A DNA stretch of 63,970 nt, the filler included, from Sanchytrium tribonematis (taxonomy: Eukaryota), in the NCBI GenBank assembly GCA_018985235.1. It is 5 parts of 5 records of this genome, joined end to end, with 100 filler letters (N's around TTAATTAATTAA, not from the genome) between each part and the next. Parts side by side here need not be neighbours in the genome. Positions count along the whole stretch, not along the records: positions 26,838 to 40,124 come from JADGIG010000194.1; positions 40,225 to 53,502 come from JADGIG010000195.1; 3 more parts are not named here. The stretch is one strand, 5' to 3'. Below, one piece after another: positions 37,848 to 50,400 of the stretch. Position 1 is the first letter of the stretch. Every line of letters begins with the position of its first letter. The position numbers and the translations under genes were made by a program. The notes below the pieces were generated by a model, which saw nothing but the letters and a program-made list of their open reading frames with translations, had not been told where the DNA came from and did no database searches.

Positions 37848-40124
37848 TTATTCTAAAGAAGAGGTATAGCATTGTGCGGAGATTGTCAAATTCATGTTTC
37901 CTAGCAATTGGAAAACTGCCGGAATACTTTGTGGTCGCTTTGTGTCGAATTGCTCCATGTGAATTTGATGGTTTCCCAGGGAATATTCCAATTTTTCAAC
38001 AGGCTTCTGATATCTATTCAATGTTAGAAACTTTTTCTTTTCTGTTGCATAGACACCAAGAATTGCTATTATATTGACCTTGACTGCATTTTTTATGTCG
38101 ACTCTTATTTCTCTTTGATAAGGAACAGTGATTTTTTCAATTTTACCAATCTTAAAGGGTATTTTGTCTCCTTTGTAAGTCTTTAAGGTTTTGACATTTT
38201 TTTCGCTCATTGATTCGACTTCTACAATGCATTGAACGAATACTTGTCCTTAATTAGCTAGATTTACCTTTGATATTAGGAAGCATTCTGGGCTGTATAC
38301 CTTCAACTTTTTCAACGAAAATGAAAAATATTCTGTTGGTATTTTTCTTCGGAGGCATTTCGATATTATCGTTTTCATTGATTAAATTTCCTGGCTGCAT
38401 AAAAACCTTTGATGGAAGCGGGCGGTATTTTTCCTGGCTGCTAAAACTTTCTCGTCTCTCGAATGAATAGACAGATGGTGGTCTTGAATAAGATTTGGAG
38501 AGGGTATCTGAGCGTCCCATCTCTGATTCATTTAGCGAGTGCTCTGAGTTTGTTGATATAATCTTTTCTGAGGCAAAGGTCGTTTGGGAAATATTTACAG
38601 CGTGCTTTTCGAAAAAGGTATTATTTAAATTTTGAAATGATTTCATTGAGTCGAAGGTTTTGTTTATATCAATTTCCAAATTTAAGTCTAATTTTGGTAC
38701 ATTTAAAGTCAAATTGAATTCTGGAAGATTTGATCGTTCCATTGTTATACTTTTTAATTTAGACAACACACTATCACTTTCATTAGATTTAATCTGGTCC
38801 TCCAAAATGTGATGTGCCTGCTTTTTATCTCCGAAGATCGACTTGACGTTTTTTCGGCTTTTCTTCTTGAGATTGATATTAGAGTAGTCAAAGAATTCCA
38901 CCTCTTCACTGAGTGCTACCCTTTCCAGACTTAATTTTTTACCGACTTTTTCAAGTTTATTAGCATTCGTGCTTTTCAATTTAGGATTGTCCAATGAAAT
39001 TTCAGCTACTTCCGGAGATTCGGAATCTTTTTTTATTCCAATTTCTAAATCTTTCGACAAATCAGTTTTCGATATTTTTGACAGCAAATTAATTAAATCC
39101 TGTTGCTCAACGTGGCAATTTTCGATTTTATTAGATGTTGTCTCGAAATTATGACCATTGAATAATTCAGGTTTAACTTTAATTGGAGTGTCAGTATCAA
39201 TTTTGGAGGACAATTTGGCATTTTCTACAGTAGGTTGAGATGGATGAGCCTCTTTGACAACAAATTGTACTTTATTGGTTAAAGTATCCCGGACTTGTTT
39301 TTTTTGGACATTTTCTAAGAATATCGAATTATCGATCAACGATTGAGGTTTTGGAACAAAATTCGATTTCCGATTTTCAAATTTAAGTCTCAAAGAGCTA
39401 AATAGATTGATATCACTTTCTTTGACTACTTTCGAGGAAGATTCATTGATACTAGGTGTGAGCAATGATTCTTCACTTTGTGGGATTGCCGTCTTAGTAT
39501 CGACTCTATCTTCTTCCCTTTTCTCTACAGATTCCGTGGCGGCTATAATCTTATGTGAAATGTCATTTTCTACTTCCTGTTGTAAATCTAGAAATCGTCT
39601 AGAAAACCCTCTTGTCTTCAATGCCTTCGGATTCTGTTGTAAAAATGGATTATTTCTAACGCTTCCTTGCTCATGCATTTTATCCTTGCTGGATTTTCGA
39701 ACATAAGGTACATAAATTTTTTCCTCTTCTTGCTTGACGCTATTTAAAGATGCCTTGGAGTCCATCTTGATTGTTTTCGAGAAATCCTTTGTAGGAGATA
39801 CACTTGTATCTCTTGAAGACAAAGATTTCCCTCTTTTGTGCCTTGGTGATTTTTCCATATATTTTTTTAAAACTGAAATAATTTCAACATTTGTGGCCAT
39901 GTCAATAGGTCTTAATCCAATTTGATTCTCCATGGTAGCTGAAGCTCCTTTTTTAATGAGGCTTTCCAGAATATCTTTTTCGCCCAAGTATGCAGCCATG
40001 TGAATTGGAGTGTTCCCAATTCCATTTCGTCCTTGTAGAATTTCAAATGGCATATTTTCTATTAATAAATCAATAATCTCTTTTTTCTTGTCAACCACAT
40101 CCTGAGAATCATCCGAATCAAGCA
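37848..40124 (-). CDS. Ankyrin-repeat protein with disordered middle and C2-like C-terminus, 5'-truncated (2 exons seen)
   Basis: GNTPIHMAA..G and GLRPIDMA ankyrin repeats; intron 38249-38267 joins it to ORF 37848-38210. Confidence 0.8.
38249..38267 (-). other. 19-nt spliceosomal intron
   Basis: GTAAATCTAGCTAATTAAG; splicing gives NIKGQVFVQCIVEVESMSEK in frame. Confidence 0.8.
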
Positions 40125-40224
40125 NNNNNNNNNNNNNNNNNNNNNNNNNNNNNNNNNNNNNNNNNNNNTTAATTAATTAANNNNNNNNNNNNNNNNNNNN
40201 NNNNNNNNNNNNNNNNNNNNNNNN
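40125..40224. other. Artificial contig linker
   Basis: N44-TTAATTAATTAA-N44. Confidence 0.98.
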
Positions 40225-41303
40225 CCGGTAAACTAGAGACAATGAATTGCTTTGTGGTTCAATAGATATCAATTCACAGTCCATTGTACAATAAGTTGTG
40301 CAAGCAGATGAATTGGTAAGATAATATTCCAAATCTATACCACATACTTCTAATTGGTCGTCTCTTAAAAGCTTGTAATTTCCAAATTTGAATTGCCTAC
40401 AATTTTCATTTAGCGATATTCGACTGTCCATTCCAGTCAAAATATTTAAGAATTCTTTAAATTGAAACAAAGATAGCAATGTCTGAAACTCTCTACAGAC
40501 TGGCGGTAAATTTGCACCACGATAATAATTTTTTATATTAAGTGGCCCTTGATGCTCCCATTGTATTGAATCTGATTCTTTTTTCAGAGTTTCAAATTTT
40601 TCAGAGAGCAAAAAATTTGATAAGAGCATGTGGCCCTGATTTGAAAACTCAGAAAGAATTTTTTCTTGAACATCGGGTTGTAAATACATTGGATTGATCC
40701 ATTTTTGTAATAAACTTTCGGTCTGAACATCGTCCTTTTTGCTATAAAACCAACCACTTATTGAATATCGATTTTTATCCGATAATACCAATGCAACTTG
40801 ATGGAAAGAAATTGGAGACACTTCGAAAAATGCAAGTGTATTCCATTCTGGCAGTATCTGCTTATTTACAAAATTTGGCAACCTATTTCCATCGACATCA
40901 AATAAATCAAGAGTCCCGCCATCGGATTCAATCCAGTCTCTGTTAAAGTACAATATAAACGCAATTTTACGTACAGACTCTCCCTCTTCAATCTTGTCGT
41001 CGTGACATAATAAATAGTCATTTTTTGAATAGCAATGTGAGGAGATATCAACTTGATCCAAGAGACTATAACCCAGCTCTCTAAATTGTTCGCGGAATTC
41101 TGAAGTGTACAACTTTTCAACAACGGCTTAAGGTTGTCTTTCTTCATTAGCATTTCTTTTGTTGCTTGTTTAAAATGATATAAATCATTGCTGTTATCAT
41201 TGAAGTTCAAAGACTTCATTTCACGATAGGCGGCCTCCATTAGTGAGTCATCAATTGGATTTTTAACAATTCCATGTTTGAACGGCGTTGTGTAAATCTC
41301 CAT
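40225..41303 (-). CDS. TPA1: OGFOD1/Tpa1 prolyl hydroxylase, 3'-truncated, with a 1-nt frameshift near 41128
   Basis: PFKHG, DLYHFKQ, LYTSEFR, YLLCHDD, GGTLDLF, SFHQV, RYSISGWF. Confidence 0.9.
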
Positions 41304-41466
41304 TTGTCAGATCCTTAATTTTCAAACTTCATTCATAAGACATCACGATTTAATTAGTAAATAGCAGATTCAATTTTTCATATTCATAGAATTGTGATTT
41401 ATACAAAGTAAATTTTTGGATTTTGGAAATTATTTCTCCTTTAGGATAACACAATAAATCTCCCTA

Positions 41467-44400
41467 ATGAAAAGTATAGAGCTTCGATCTATTTTGGAAG
41501 AGTGCTATAAGCAACCTGCACTCGCTATTAATTTAAATAACATGATTCAATCTTTAAAGCTAGAAGATATCGACAATGTTTCTGAATGGGCAGAACTACT
41601 TTCTCAAATATTTCGTATTCAACCTACTTTATACTACAGCTGCTTAGATATTGTCAACTACTTGTATGCCAAAAGTCCGAATGATGTTAACATTCTTATG
41701 ATCAAAGACCAATTCGATTCAGTGAATATCACTCAATATTATGAAACGCTTTACAAAAATGATAAATTTGCTACTATTTTAAATTTGTCTAACAAGATTG
41801 ACAAAATGCCTCGATGTACTTTGGAAAGTCTGTCGTCTATTATTGATGTCAATAATTCTATCATCAAGACTCCTACTATTCTCAATAATATTAATACTAT
41901 TTTAGGTGAATTATTCTCGTTGCCATCAAAACCTATCTTAATTGTGGGATCAAACTGTGCCACTTCTACGATACTCAAATTCATCTACTCAATATTTAGG
42001 AAATCTTATGTCCCCCTTTATATTGCACACGATGCAGATTTAAAGGATTTGATCGGTTATTACATGTGCACTAAAAATGGAATTGAATTTATCAACGGAC
42101 CTTTATCGAAAGCAATAAAATCCGGTGAGTGGTTGGCTGTTAATATTCAGAATGTTCATAAAGATATTCATCAATTTATAGCAAAGTCTCAAATATTTAA
42201 CAAAATACAAACTGATGAATCTGAAATAATTTGTCACTCAAATTTCAAGGTTATAGCAAAATGCGACAAGGAGCCTAGAGACCATGTTTTCCACTCAGTC
42301 TACCTTCAAGAAATCCCACACGATGAATGGATTCATATATTTTCAAAAAAATACAACGTGGAAGGTTTGAGGAATATTTATGATTGTTACATTGAGCTTA
42401 AAATATCAATTAATTTATTAGATTCTTGGTTATATAGAATCAACGCCTTGAAGTGTACCAAGTGGAGTCTTGAATCCGATAGATTGAAAATGGCAAAAAT
42501 AGGAACGCGACTTTTGACTGAATCAAATCCTGTTGAGGTTTTGACTAAGCATTTTCTTCTCAAATCATCTCAGCTTATGTCTCAGTATATTGACCCGCCA
42601 GTGATTACTAGACAATTATTTCAAATTGAAAATTATTCGCTAGCAAGACTCGTTAATTCTTTAGATGAATACAAGTTAGCCTGGATACCATCTAGTAGTC
42701 AATTAGCTTTAGATATTATGGCAGCTTTGTATCATAATCAAGCTTTGCTGCTCATTGGTGGAACTGGCTGTGGAAAAACTGCAACAATTTCAGAAATCTC
42801 AAGAATAGTTGGTTTTCAAATGACAGTGCTCAATTTTTCACCCTCGACTGAAAGGCAGGATCTTATAGGTAGCTGGAAGCCCTCAAAGCATGTTGGAAAC
42901 ATTCACAAATTACATCATATTTTAAATTTTTTGCAAGGTGATACTAAAAAACTAGAGCAAAATTTATACGAATTAGCTTGTGTGAAATCTTCTGAAAAAT
43001 ATTTAAAATTTGTTCAGCAAATCATTAGTTTACTTACACAACAACTTCATTCGAATAAGAGATTTAAGTCCGAGCATAATCCCGATGAAATAATTAAAAA
43101 ACTTCAGGATACTCTTGATCAAAAGCAGCCGAGTATGTCATTTCAAATTGGACCTTTATTAGAAGCGTATAAAAATGGACATTGTGTGTTCCTAGACGAA
43201 ATTAATCTCGCAAATAGCGATGTGCTTGAAAGCATAAGTGAAATTTTAGCTAGTCCAGCTATTCAGCTACCTGAATGTCCTCTAATTTCGAGGCACAATA
43301 ATTTCCGGTGTCTGGCAGCAATGAATCCTCACGGAGATCACGGCAAGAAAAAGCTACCTCGTCAATTGGAAGATCAATTTATCTCCATTTTTGTGAAAGA
43401 ACCAACAGATTTACCTAGTATACATAAACTGACTGGTGATTTGCTTAAAGACTTTAACCACCCAAAAGTGGATCAAATTATTCAATCAGTTTCACAGCTA
43501 TATTTTGACATTTTACAAAAGTCTGATAAAGATTGGCTTCACGGAAATGAAGGGAGACCCGTGTTTAGCATAAGAAGTTTAAAAAGAGCCTTGGGACTAA
43601 CTCTTTCTTTGATAAATTGTCATTGGGGAATCAACGATGCACTTCTTTATGGATTTGATATGGCATTTAGCATTTCTTTGAATAAGCCTAGTCAGCTAGA
43701 TTGTAATCAAATGATTGAGGCATCACAGATGCAACTATTTAAAAAGGGAATTTTAAACAAGCCCATTGAGAAATTATTTGCCATGTTCCCTACCAATTCT
43801 GAAAAATTTTCGAATTTCATCATGACTCCCAGTCTCGAAAAATACGGTAAAATCATTCTAAAAGCAATTATAGCTGACATTCCGGTTCTTTTAGAAGGTG
43901 AAACTAGTTCGGGGAAAACAACGCTAATCAAATACATTGCGCACAAGACAAATAATACCTTAATACGTATAAATAATCATGAACACACTGACTTGATAGA
44001 ATATGTTGGTAATTATACTATAAAAGGGGAAGAATTTGTATTTCAACCTGGTCCGTTAATTCAAGCAATGGAGCAAGGCCATTGGGTGCTTCTCGATGAA
44101 TTAAATTTAGCCCCAAGTGAAATTTTGGAAAGTTTAAATAGACTTTTAGATGACAATAAGCAATTGCGAATACCACAAACTAATGAAATGATAACCCCGC
44201 ATCCTAATTTCCGATTGTTTGCAACTCAAAATCCTATCAAATATGGAGGAAGAAAACCATTAAGCGCTGCTTTTAGAAATCGATTCATTGAGATTTTTGT
44301 TGACAAATTCAACTCTGACGACATATCGTTATTGTTGAAAAATAGCATTCCCAAATCTTGGATTCAAAAATTAATTGGTGTTTTCACAGAACTTGATTTA

Positions 44401-47400
44401 ACACTTAGGGATGTTTTTAAATGGACCTCGAGAAATTCAGAGACAATTGATGATTTTATCATGCACGGATTAATGCTAGTTATGGAGCCTAAGAGAAATG
44501 AGAAAGAAAGAAAGAAAATATTTAAAGAGTTTCAAAAACAGTTTAAAATGAAATGGTCCATGGAGGAATACAATGAAAAAATGACAAATCATCCTATTGT
44601 TTCACAGTTTCCAGAATATTCTTGGCATCCACAGTTTGTAAAATCGTTTGCACTTATTGAACAATGCATTCTAAACAATGAGCCAATTTTGATGATTTCA
44701 GAACCGGGAATGGGAAAAGGAGTTTTGATGGACATTGCATCTAAATTTTTTAAAGTAGAGCTAAACACAATCAGCTGTCAGCAAGAAACTGATGTAAATG
44801 ATATAATTGGGACTTATACGCTTAGAAATAGAGAATTGGTATGGCAAGATGGAATACTACCAAGTTGTATGAAAAATGGAAATTTTCTTTGTCTTGACGA
44901 AATCAATTTGGCCGATGACGCAGTTTTAGAAAGACTCAATAGTGTTTTGGAGAAAAATGGATACTTGCTTTTGACTGATCATCTACAAGATCTGGCCCCT
45001 ATCATTCCGCACCAGAAATTTCATTGTTTTGCAACCATGAATCCCTCAACTGATATTTGTAAGCGAGAATTATCCCCAGCTTTGAGAAATAGATTCACTG
45101 AAATCTACTTAGAAATTCGCTGGGATGAAGACCAAGTTTTGGATTTTATATCCAATTTTTGTAAAGTATCGAATTTAAAATTACAAATTGGTGTTCAGAG
45201 AAACATCTGTGAAAAATATATAGCCACTCAAGGTTTGACTTTAAGAAACATTGAACAATGTTGCAGATTGATGAATTTCTATCCAAATCATCCAATGATT
45301 TACAACACATGCTTTGGTCTCAGTTTGGAAGTTGATGTCGAATTTGATAAAAATAAGAAAATTTTGAATATTCAGGAAGAAGAATTTGATCTTTGTAGTT
45401 TTACCAATTGGTCATTGACTCCTTCATCCTTGTTCAATTTGCAGCAGGTTATCATTGCATCAAAAATCGATTTACCAATTCTGATAGAAGGTAAGCCTGG
45501 TATTGGAAAAAGTACTCTTGTCGAATATTTGTGTAAATTAAAAAATACGCCTTGTTCTAGAATTAATATTTCGCATGATACGGATTTAAGTGATTTGATG
45601 GGTCAATATGTGACTGAATTTAGTGAATCTTTAAAAATGGTCTGGAAAGATGGTCCACTGATGACTGCTATGAAATTGGGATACACCATTATTTTAGATG
45701 AGTTAAATCTTGCAAATCAAAGTGTATTAGAAGGTCTAAATAGTATATTGGATTATAGAAAGATGTATTATTGCAGCGAGTTGCAAGAAACTATAAAGTG
45801 TCATCAGAATTTTAGAATTTATGCTACTCAGAATCCAACCAATGTGAAAGATGGTCGAAAACTGTTGCCCAGATCTTTCATGAATCGATTTATACATTTA
45901 AAATTTAAATCATATTCTAAATCTGATTTACTTGAAGTTGCTGCACCTTTACTTGAAAAATATCAGGAGATTGTCTCAATTCTTGTTGAATGTAATGAGA
46001 AATCACATTTATTACAGATAGTTTCCTCTAGCCACGAATGGAATATTAGAGATTTGTACAAACTAAAATCACTGAGTGTGACACATTCCCTGTATGAAGC
46101 TATTTGCATCTTGATTTTGAATAGAATTAAAAATAAGCGTCTAGGTTTAGATATAATTGAGACTCAATTAAGTCCTTTAAATCTCAAAACCACTGTACTA
46201 TCTCATAAATCACATTTGCAGCCTATAATATCGGATTGTTTTCCTTTGTATTACTTTCAAGCAACTTACAAAAACATGCAATTAGTAGCAAATCAATTTC
46301 AAGGAGCCAATATTGTACACGTTAGTTCTTTCACAGATAGCATAGATATAATTGGTGGATATCAACTTGTCGATCAAATATTAAAATGGTCTCCTTCGAA
46401 ATTTATCAATTGTATTCAAAGTCCAGGTGAGACGGTGATAGTTGGGATTGACGCATGTGAAAATGCTGTTTTCGACAGCTTAAATCAATTGCTAGAGAAC
46501 GGTCAAATTATGGTGAAAAATGAGTTGATACGAATGCACAAAAACCACAAATTATCTCTAATTACCCATAGCCACAATTACTCAAAAGCTCTAGGAAATA
46601 GATGCTGCATCGTTGAACTTTTTGAAAGATGTCCTTATGATGTTTATTGCAACCAGCCTTTCTTATATTTATTGCATGAATTTCCAACTTATCGAAATTT
46701 TGCAATTCATTTCCAAACTTTGTTTGCAGTGAAATCATTGTCTGTGGAATATTCAATTTACAGTGATTTTGATAAAATTGAAAATAATTTGTCTGATATA
46801 CAAATTTTGAAGAATGTGTTTGAGATGTTTTATCCATTTGAAAAGACGAAATCTTTCAATTTACCTTTATTTTATGAAAATTTGCAATCTTTAAGGAATG
46901 GCACTTTAAATCCGACAAAATTGAACAGAATGTTGTTAACAAGTCAGTCTTTGCATTTTAATAGATATCTTAAGCAGTCATTTAGTAATCTATACGGAGA
47001 TTTGATACAAGGTAGTTTAAATGAACATTTGAATGCCAGGAATACGATATCTTTGCTAAAAGCATCGTCCAGAGTTGATTCCTGCACTTTTAATATTAAA
47101 GAAATACTGTTAATGTATGCAAAAACCGATCCATTTTTTGTAATTGAAAAAATGGTAGAATTCAAGCGTATATTGGGTCAATTTATGACTGAATTTCCAA
47201 ATATTGAGAAAGTTGCGGACAATGTTGGCGTAGAGCTCAAACCATTTGATGTCATGCAATTGCACAAATTGTATGACGAAATTGCATTTGATGCATTTCA
47301 AAACTGTCCAGAGTTAGATTTTAAGTATTTTCAAAAGATGCTACACTTGCTGGACGATTTGAGTGACGAATCCAAGTCTATCTTAACAGATTACATTTTG

Positions 47401-50400
47401 AATGTTATGCCTAGTCGACCAGACATTAGCGGGGTATTATTGCTAGTTTTAATGCGTAATGAATCATTATTTAAAGAAGAGTCTAATTCAGTTAGGTCGA
47501 TTACGAGTTTATTTCTCAACCCACTTTCATTTGAAGATATGAAACTTATTTTACACACTGAAGAGACTCAAATTGATGAAATGGAAGATTTATTTGATAT
47601 TCAACCTACTTTGGCCATGACTTGCATTTGTCTTAATTTGATTCCTTATTGCGGCAAGCAAGTTCAAGAAATGTTTCCACTTCATATTTATCGGTCTTAT
47701 TTTCTAAAACATCATGTCAAGGATATCAAGACAAATATTTACTCTTATCCTGAATTATTCACAATTGAGTTGATGCAATTAGTTGTCAATCAAAAACCCA
47801 ATTTGTATGCACATGATGCACCACCTATTCATATTTTAGTTGAAATTTTCACGAAATTAGAAACACTTTACAAGAAATTAGATGGCTTGAAAGATACTGT
47901 TACAGATTTATCTACAATGGAGAGTTTATTGGATAAATTGAGTGTCTTTTTGAAATCCCCTATGCATTATTTGACCATGCAGTACATTAATAATCAACTA
48001 ATGCATATGTTGGAAGAAATGGAACAATTAATCTACATTACGAGTAAGCGAGATCACCAAATTAAAATTATTTATCAAGAATTGTGTCAAGTCACCATGG
48101 GCTTGCGACAATTGCAATTACAATATCTTACAAATTTACCAATTATGGTTCATATGAGAGTCATTCAGAGTCGATTGAATGATTTTGTTAATATATTTGT
48201 GCAAGATGTTTTGGATGATATTGTTAAAATCAAGGCGTATCTCAGAATCGAAATGCCTGTCATTTTGTACCCTTTTGCAATAGCCATATTTCAAAAGACA
48301 ATGCCATTTTTTAGTCATTTTTACCAAGATATTTATAAATGGACACACAATACGCATTCGTATGAGCATTGTATTAAAGATTTAAAAGAATTGCAGACAA
48401 TTCACAAATACAAGCATAAAAACACTTTATATGTGAAAGATCAGCACGATAAATTACATTCAGCAAGCACAAAGATATGTCATGTCTATTATGATCAGAT
48501 TAAAAATCCTTTAGAATATGTCAATATTATTATTCCAGATATCAAAGTAGACACAATCTCGATAAAGCCAAAAACTCAAGAAGAAAGTATCACTATCAAA
48601 TTTATTGATGTTTTTGATGAATTTATGAAAGATGTATTTGCTAATTTCCCTAATAATAATCATTTGGCGTCATTTATGAGAACTGTTAAATTTTTTAAGC
48701 CCTTTAAACATGATTTTGATATTTATGAATTTATTAGAAGCAATCCTCAACCATCAACATTATTAACGCAATTAGTATTGCATTATTTCCAATTCATGTT
48801 GTATTTAAAACAGAATTTGTTGGTTGGTGATTATAAAAGAATCAGTAGAAGCATTATTCAAATCTTTTATCTAATTTTTTATTTATATTCTGAAATTTAC
48901 AAAGATCAAGATTCCAATGAATTGGTTAAAGAGGTTATTAAAGATGAATTAAGCGATTTGAATATATATTCGTTGATTAAATTGACTAACTGTGAAAACA
49001 TACAGACTTTAACAAGAACATTTATGCATCGCACGCTCTCCATTTGGACAAAGGAACTCGTTCAAATGATTGCACTATTTAAATCTGCATTACAAGATAA
49101 AGACAATAATCAAGAACAGAGCAATGAGAATCAAGAATATACGACGAGCACAAATTGTCAAGATGTTACAAATGAGGTGGAGAATGTCGAAGATATCACA
49201 GATTTACAGGGCCAAATGGAAAATGGCACGACACAGCAAGATGATGTAGTTGAAGCATTAGACCAAGTTAGCGACATGGATGAAATTGATAAAGATGACG
49301 AGGATTCTGAACCAGATGTTGATGACCAACTTGATGATATTGAGAAAGATGTAGAAAATAAGAATGATGGTTTTTGGGATGAATTCGAAGAGAAAGAACA
49401 AGATTTATCAGAATATCAAGATAATGAAGATGCAAATATGAAACCTGAAGAAATGGAAGAAAATCCACAAGTTGATCAAAATATGGAACCAGAATTGCAA
49501 GAAAATGAAGATGCTACAGAAGCAAATGAAGATGAAATATCAGAGGTAACCGTGGATGCGCAAGATACCAGTGATGCAGAAGATGTGGATATGCCAGAAC
49601 AAGATCTTGATGATATTGATCCTGATGCTCAAAATATGGAAAGTGTGAGTGAGGCTGTATCCGATATGGAAGATGTCGAAAATATTGATGAAGAGAATGA
49701 AACTGCTGAAAAAGAAGCAGCCGATGTGGATCTGTATGAATCAAAAGACGCTAAATACGATGCTCAAGATTCAAATATGACTGATGCCATGGATGCCAAT
49801 AACGAAATGAATGATGAAATGGAAGACACTTTAAATATTAATAATAACAATATTGGAAATACAGATGCATCCAAGCCTGATGAAGAAGATGCTGATCAGA
49901 CCCAAGAAAATACTAAAGATGAAAATTGTATGGAAATTGATAACAAATCGCAACTACAGCCATCGAGTATTAGACAAGAGCAAGAGCCGAATACTCAAAT
50001 TATTGAAATGCCTGATGTTAAGCCTGTCATGTTGAATCTTAAAGATATCTTTAATGATTGTATCCTACCAGCCAAAGAATTAAGTAAGGAAATTCACCAT
50101 CTAATGCAATTTAAAGCAAGAAGCAGATTTATGGGTGATTACATGAGTGGAAAGAGATTAAATATCAAGAGAATCATGAATTATCTTCAGGGAAATAGCA
50201 AGATCTGGCTCCGAAAGAATAAGCCAATTCGAGATCCATTTCATGTCATGATTAGTATTGATAATAGCACTAGTATGCAAACAGATGTCAGATATGAATG
50301 CGCCATGTACGCATTAATGCTGATGAGTATGTCTGTGTGTTCTGGATATGCTGGAAATACCACATGGAATGTATTTGATTCTGAAGTACATGAAATAATG

